Source: a virus
DNA: 64,000 nucleotides
Reading direction: 5' to 3' (one strand)
IMG/VR virus record: IMGVR_UViG_3300045125_000034
Span: 64,001 to 128,000 of that record
In this document: piece by piece, positions 58,001 through 64,000 of the stretch
How the letters are laid out: each line of letters opens with the position of its first letter
Numbering within the stretch: the stretch's first letter is position 1
The notes under the pieces: model-generated
What the model was told of the DNA's origin: nothing
The model's input: the letters and a program-made list of their open reading frames with translations, nothing else
The model's database searches: none
Made by a program: the position numbers and the translations under genes

Positions 58001-59191
58001 ATTATTGGAACATCATATTCGATCAACGATGTTTTTTGGTTGATGTCTGCGTATGAACATTTCTTTATCAACACTTTGCCATAAAAAGCCATACCCGCAG
58101 GATTCAAAAGTCTCTTTATGACATCCCTATACCTGTCTACGGTAATCTCAGTAAGCAAAACATAAGAGAAGTTTTGGTAATACTTGTTGTCTTGCATTAC
58201 CTTGTTACTGCTCAATCTTCCATCGTTGTTTGCATAATACCCAGAGTATTCTGCTTGACCTTTTACAGTTATAGATCCCGAAAATCCTGTTCCTATTTCT
58301 GAACTAATGCTTATTGTTGGTGGCGTTTTGTAGTTTACACCATAGTTGTCTATAACTATCTTCTTTACTTTACCTGTAGAATCTACTTCTGATACTCTAC
58401 CTGATCCTTTTATGCCAGGTGTCTCCTGCTGAAGGAGTGATTACAAGTTGATCTCCAACTCTGTAATTCTGCCCGCCGTTGTTTATTTGTGTGTCACCGA
58501 GAACAGAAAAAACTCTGTTCTCTCTACGCAAGTTTCCGTCTTTGTCTTCAAATTCTACCCCCGCGTAGCCCGAAGAAAACTCTCCGTTTATGCCTCCCAA
58601 AGATAGTTCGGCAACATCGTAAATCCCAATTCTGTAAGTTGAAACATCAAGTACTCTACCGCTTGCAACAATATCGCTGTTGGCGTTTCTTTGTATCAAC
58701 CGCTGACCTACGGAATCGTATATCTGTCTACCCAAAACATTAGAGATCTTTACTGTTTTCCGAAGAACCCATTTGCCGTCTGATAGTTTTAGAATATCTT
58801 TCTTTGGGTAGTAGAATTCTACAGCCGTGTCGTAAAGAATTCTGAACAGGAAGTCATATGTCTTCTCGGTTCCCTTTGCCTTGTAGAAACTACGGATGTT
58901 CTTTACCAACTTTGCCTTGTCAACGATTGTCTTTTTGTCAGTTATAGCCAAAGTCTCGGGGAAGTCAAACAAGAACTCGTTTTTGAACGAGTCTATAAAC
59001 TCATCCATAGTTCTATCAATATCGATCTACATCCTTTAGTTTCTTTGGTGACCGAAGATATTCGTTATCCTTATCCAACCACTCATAGTATGCAGTCAAG
59101 AATGATATCATGGTAGGATGGTCAACCCGAACAAACTCGGGCAACTGACCTGCTATGATTGGGAAATAGGTTTTTCGTTCGGAGGGTTCAT
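55057..59191 (-). CDS. gp7: baseplate wedge initiator gp7-like protein with C-terminal accessory domains, indel-split
   Basis: QLPEFVR..FLTAYYEWL, KNIRSFYKAKGTEK.Y.FLFRILY, LKLSDGKW, LSSNKVMQDNKYYQNFSYV..LLNPAGM. Confidence 0.85.
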
Positions 59192-61117
59192 CTATCAGTA
59201 TGGGAATGGTGTTGCTGTTCTAGTGTCCTGACGGAATGTTGACTCTGGTTCCTACCCCAATTGTGCTTCTTGTCGTAGTCGATCAGGATGATCTGATTTC
59301 TTCTTGCTGCAATATCTTGAACCGCAGGAACCACCGTGATCTTGATTTCTGAGTCTGTGGCAGGCTTTATGTATTCAACCTTGAAGTTGTTGAGGACTAT
59401 CTTTCCTGTATCATAGTTGACTTTTCCTGCCTTGCTGCTGATATAGACCTTTTCTGTGCCTACAACCTTGTAGATTCTCATGTTTCCTCTACCATCGTCA
59501 TCCAAGTAGCAATCTACTGTGGGCTTGACTATGGAACTGCTTGTCGAATCTTTGTACCCAAACACCGAAGAGGATACAACAGGCTGATACCCGTCTATTG
59601 GGTGTAATAGTGGGTTGTCGAAAGATATTGTGTATGGTGCAGAATACGAGAGCAGGGGTTCGATTCTCTTGTTCAGACGAAGCGTGACTCTAGACCCTGT
59701 TATTGCTTGATTTGTATTGTCAATCGCGTTTAGGAATTTGGACATCTTGAAGTTCTTGTTGAACTTGGAAAGATTGTCATTTTCAAAGGCTTGTGTTGTG
59801 TTTCGGATGAACGAAATCAAACCATCGGGACTGAGATTTGTTCTATCCAAGTTGTAGGATGATACTGAATTGAATTCCAAGAAGAGGAAGTCGGGGTCCA
59901 CTATCTCGGGGGTGATACCAACCAAGTTCCTCTTACTCAATACAGACTTCTCTAGAGCCAACTTCTCAAGTGTACTGATACGCTTTCCGTTCTTTGGCTT
60001 GATTGAGATGAAGACTTTACCATATGACGGTGGGTCGTTCTGCTCGCCCCCCAAACCAAGAATGAATCAATACCGTCAGAGAACTCTCTGACAAGTATGG
60101 TCTTGTAGTCTTCTTCGGTTACTGCTCTCTCTTGTGCCTGATAGTTTCTTGGTGCGTAGTACTTGATGGAGTCTATACTTTCGGGAGTTGTTCCGCCGTA
60201 AGAAACTCCTTGCTTGTTGTAGTCATTTAGAACGGGAGTGATGCTTGCAACATTACCCATGAGCAACGCATTTCCGCTTGAAGATCCGGCAAAGGTAAAG
60301 TTGGTGCAGCCGTTTGCCTCTTCTCCGTTAGTCTGAACATATTGAACTGATATGAGGTTTCCGTTTCTTGGACGCTTGCCCAAGATTCCGTCGCCAAAGT
60401 AGATTTCAAATCTTCCGTCTTCAGTTTCTTGTAGGAAGTAGGCTAGGGATTCGCCGTTTAGCCCGTTGATGTCTGTAGCCTTGAACCACACATTAACAAG
60501 TCCTGTGGTGTTTGTGGTTGACTCTTGAACTCTTACCTGTAGGGTGTCAACATCAATCTTGTTGCTCGGTAGAATGAACTTCTGCGTTGGGTCAAAACTG
60601 TTGACAACAAAGGTGTAACTTTTTAGTGTTCCTTCGTATAGTTTGATTCCCTTGACTACGGGGGTGTTATTCACAACCTGAACCTTATACGAGTCCAAAG
60701 AAACAAAGTTGTAGGTGTTCTTGCCCAATCTTCCTGTAAAGACATCTCCGCGATTTATGAATGCCGATCCGTTTATGGTAGAAGACAAAACACTACTGTT
60801 ACTGTTGAAGGTTATGTCCATCTCTATCTTGGAAGATTTTACTGACCTCGGAGTATAACCCAAGTGCTTTGCTATTGATACCGCACTCTGACGCAGAACA
60901 GCCGAATCCAAGAACGCTTCGTTTGCTACCATGTTTGCGTAGAAAGCTCTGATAGTGGGTGTTGTAAGCAAGAACATCCAAGAGGACATTCATGCCTGCT
61001 CCTTCGAAGTCGTAATCCTTGAACTGTTCTTGTGTTCTCAGGTAATCTTTGAGGTTTGTCTTGATGGCATCGAAGTCCAAACCATCTATGCGGAGATTTG
61101 CGTTATTGGATAGCCAT
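59188..61117 (-). CDS. gp6: baseplate wedge subunit gp6, indel-split
   Basis: LDFDAIKTNLK..DYDFEGAGMNVLLDVLAYNTHY, NEAFLDSA..S.VSIAK.LGYTPRS, ESIDSIK..AP..Y.AQERAVT..DY, GGE..PPSYGKVFISIKP. Confidence 0.97.
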
Positions 61118-61506
61118 CTAGTCCTCTCCAAGAAAATGTTGGTCTCAAATATCTCTTGTTTGTTGATGATGGTGAACAGGATACTTATAGTTATGCTGTT
61201 TTCGTCGGGGCTTGGATTGAATGTAACCTCCAAGTTTTCGACTCTTGGTTCGTATCTTCTGATGATATCCGTGATATGACTTTGCATGACTGCGTAAGTG
61301 ACGGGGTTGTAATTCTCAAACAGAAGATCCTGAATACCCGAAGATATCTCGGGGTGGAAAGGCTTCTCGTACCTCTTCAAAAGTATCAGGTTACGGATAG
61401 CCCTCTTGACTGCCTCTGCGTCTTCCTTCACAGCAACATCCTTGGTTACAGGATTAGCCTGAAAGTTTAGGTCCAAGTCGCGGAAATAGTTCTTGCTTGA
61501 TGCCAT
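61118..61506 (-). CDS. gp25: baseplate wedge subunit gp25
   Basis: FRDLDLNF..NPVTKD..AVKRAIRNLI..YEKPFHPE..LLFE..YEPRV..LERTR. Confidence 0.95.
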
Positions 61507-62143
61507 CAGTATTGCCTTATGATCTCAAGTTCTATGAACGAACGATATCTCTCCATCAAACGCATGGTGTCATCGGTATCGCTTGGCACATTGTTCTTGT
61601 CATTCCACTCAACCCGCACAAAGCCAACATACAACTCCTGCTTGCGTAGGGGCAGTATAATGAATGCATCTATGTTCTTGGACTCGTTATAGACCCGCAG
61701 AGATGACTCCTCGGTTAGTGTTTTTGTCAAACGAATCTTTGAATCGTCTTCCTTGACCATCTCAATCATGTCCCAAAAGATCGTGGTCAGAACATTCTGA
61801 AGGTAGGGGTATTCCATAGACACACCCGGACTGCACGATTCGTGAGACACACTAAATCTCTTCATGGGCGAACCCTCTAGGAACCGCCCTCCATTATGGA
61901 ACTGACCTATCTGAACTCGGTCGGCATCCATGTTGATACGGAGTGATGTCAGCATTTCGTGAATGTGACTGTGCTTAAGGTCGGGCTTTGCCGATATGCA
62001 CAACTCCTTGGGGTCTTCCTTCTTCTGCATCATCTCCCGTACTTACGCTTGAGGTAGCCGAAGGTAACCATGATGCCGCCAAAAACACCCGCTATCGCCA
62101 CTCCCATGTTTGTCCAAAACTCAATGCTGCTTGTGCTGAACAT
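61506..62143 (-). CDS. putative holin with N-terminal TM helix and GAF-like domain (T4 T-like)
   Basis: SD AAGGAG; hydrophobic MGVAIAGVFGGIMV followed by a basic patch, then ADRVQIGQFHNGG..RFSVSHE..PGVS..QN..VGFVRVEW. Confidence 0.6.
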
Positions 62144-62153
62144 ATGAACTCCT

Positions 62154-62453
62154 TTAGCCCCCACAGCCTACATTTTTGCTACCCCAACCCACCGCCGAAC
62201 CACAACTGATAGGATCTCCCAAACGCATCAACTGTCTGCTGTTTACAAACACCATAGACGATCCCTTTACGGATATGGCCAAATGGCAGTTGCCGCTACA
62301 GCAACACCACCAACAATGCGGTCCCCATCCGTCAAGTTGACGATGTGCTCCTCGACTGTTAACAAACACATTCGAAGACCCCGCTATGTTCTGCCTTGGA
62401 GGGTAACAATCGTGTCCTGTACAGATGTCCCCAAATCGTGCCACTCCTGCCAT
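62154..62453 (-). CDS. PAAR-domain spike tip protein (gp5.4-like)
   Basis: VARFGDICTGH..PP..GSSNVFVN..HR..D..H..GSSMVFVN..RLGDPISCGS...GSKNV. Confidence 0.93.
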   Translation of the reverse strand: MAGVARFGDICTGHDCYPPRQNIAGSSNVFVNSRGAHRQLDGWGPHCWWCCCSGNCHLAISVKGSSMVFVNSRQLMRLGDPISCGSAVGWGSKNVGCGG

Positions 62454-63441
62454 TATGGAAAGTATCCTCTCTGTTTCATCCCCTTGAGGTATTCCGCATT
62501 TCCTACGGGCTTACCATCTAGGTAGAATCTATTCTTGATATTTATGATGAGCCTATCTCTATCTGAAGACCAGTTGTTGCTGACTCTCAGACTAAAAGTC
62601 TTGTCGGAAAACACTCGGATCTCTTGCGTTGAAGGCTCTGATTGTAAACGCGGCGGTGTAGTAGGCACTCCTACCATTCAAGTAAGTAGCAGCCGAGCCG
62701 ATTGTCCCGTAGTTCTCTTCGTCAATTTGAAAATCCGTAGGCAAACGGAACGCCTCTAAGAAATAGTCCTTGTCTGTGGGGTCTCCCGGATTGTCGGGAA
62801 GATCCATTTCAGAGATCAGACCATACGCAACACCTGTATCCATGTTCAGGGTTAGGTCAGAGGAAACTCTCCACCAACCACCATGTACTTGATATCGCAG
62901 CATTCGTTGCATTGGTAACGATACACGGACCCATCGTATCCATAAGGGGAGTACGCATTAGACACCCCACCTAGCGTATTTGTGTAAGGTCCGGGTGCGG
63001 GATGGGCGGGGAAGTACAGAGTCCTATTGTTACCATCAAAGTACTGCAACTCTCTAACCGAAAACTGATTGACCATGCTGTTAGTCATAGTCTTGAGTTT
63101 CCCCAACTCTCCAAACTCAATCAAGCAAGCGTCGTTTACTGCTGCTCCGGTTGCTCCCGAAACCAAAGGACCAGATGCTTGGCTCTGATGGTAGTAGTAG
63201 GCGGTAACCCCTATAGCACGGCAACCGTCGCCGGGGTTATTGCCGTTCCGTTTACAACATAAGGTCCATCGGGGTAGTAGAATTCGGGCGGGCGCATACC
63301 CTTGTGGGTGTACCTGCCTAGCCAACCCTTCCACTCTATTGGCTCAGTATTAGAGTATTTGTCAGATCCATCGCCCAAGGTACATTGGGCTTCAACCACA
63401 TATGCGTATCTGTTGTATGGGGAGTAAACGGTCCTTCTCAT
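62453..63441 (-). CDS. hypothetical baseplate-region protein, indel-split
   Basis: Overlapping ATGA/TAATG junctions; ends FSLRVSNNWSSDRD..YLKGMKQRGYFP*. Confidence 0.6.
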
Positions 63442-64000
63442 ACGAATTCACCACCATCAACCATGTCGGGAGCATCAGATGGGAAGTTTGTCTCGTATGC
63501 AACAATAGGAACGGCGGGGATTGCGGGTGAACTGCCTACCGATGGGTCGTTTAGTTGCGTAGCAGCCTTTCCGGGGTATCCTGTGATTAGGGTAGCCTTC
63601 CCACCCTGAACAGCATACAAACTCGTTGTAGGCAATCCGGGTGCGGCTGTGGGGGCTAGGTTTACGCCCGTGACAGGTTGATTCTGTCCTGCTAGACCTG
63701 CGGCAACGGGCGGTAGTGCAGTTTGTGTCTGTGCACCTGCCGCAGCGGAGTTGGAAGCAAACATTGCTCCAAGGTCTGTTCCTTGGTTTGCTGCCCCCAA
63801 AATGCCTCCTGCCTGCATGTTTCCACCAATACCGCCAATTGCGGAAGCGATTGGGAGTGCTGCTCCTCCTATACCCATCAATCCACCACCAACGGCTAGT
63901 AGACTTCCAAGATTTAGTGGACCCGCACCTTGACCTATTGACCCCAATCCTGTTCCTTCTACTGCCCCTCCAACTGCCTGACCTATACCACCAACAATAC
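63438..64000 (-). CDS. Gly/Ala-rich C-terminus of a baseplate-region protein (possibly gp5 or a neighbour); 5' end outside the window
   Basis: Long open frame ending DMVDGGEFV*; synteny upstream of PAAR and gp25. Confidence 0.5.
   Translation of the reverse strand, partial: IVGGIGQAVGGAVEGTGLGSIGQGAGPLNLGSLLAVGGGLMGIGGAALPIASAIGGIGGNMQAGGILGAANQGTDLGAMFASNSAAAGAQTQTALPPVAAGLAGQNQPVTGVNLAPTAAPGLPTTSLYAVQGGKATLITGYPGKAATQLNDPSVGSSPAIPAVPIVAYETNFPSDAPDMVDGGEFV

Noticed and set aside
60799-61506. Apparent gp25-gp6 fusion ORF
   Set aside because: gp25 homologues end at LERTR and an ATG for gp6 lies at 61117, so a missing base at the stop/start junction is the simpler explanation.

Overview
This is a 64-kb segment of a large T4-like myovirus genome with a cyanophage/pelagiphage-type gene set. 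The sequence carries frequent single-base indels, most likely long-read or low-coverage consensus error, so most genes are split over several ORFs and were re-joined by eye. Boundaries and lengths are therefore approximate. The + strand (1-28.8 kb) holds an epimerase tail, gp41 helicase, a tRNA-Ile(UAU)-like gene, a GroES-like co-chaperonin, an HNH nuclease, gp61.1 and gp61 primase, ThyX, collagen and Gly-X-Thr fibre genes, a sulfotransferase-like gene, class II RNR (NrdJ) and a RuvC-like resolvase. The - strand (28.8-64 kb) is a tail/baseplate block: PAAR, a GAF-type holin candidate, gp25, gp6, gp7, gp8, a DUF4815/VrlC-like protein and giant modular Gly-X-Thr fibres with Cys-rich segments. 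The best candidate for an undescribed system is a late-expressed cluster at 3.1-10.2 kb whose proteins begin with T4 internal-protein-like capsid-targeting leaders. It pairs an RNA/DNA-ligase-motif protein with an apparent ~1,090-aa polyprotein (HIGH nucleotidyltransferase, RimK ATP-grasp ligase, retropepsin-like protease, DUF3140-like and DUF5824-like domains) separated by Glu-containing linkers. This suggests a head-packaged, protease-processed, injected enzyme kit. Other notable items are dockerin-like and GH56-like inserts in baseplate gp7, promoters with 16-bp spacers driving apparently leaderless mRNAs, and a recurrent GC-rich GCCCGCGTG-type motif inside coding sequence.
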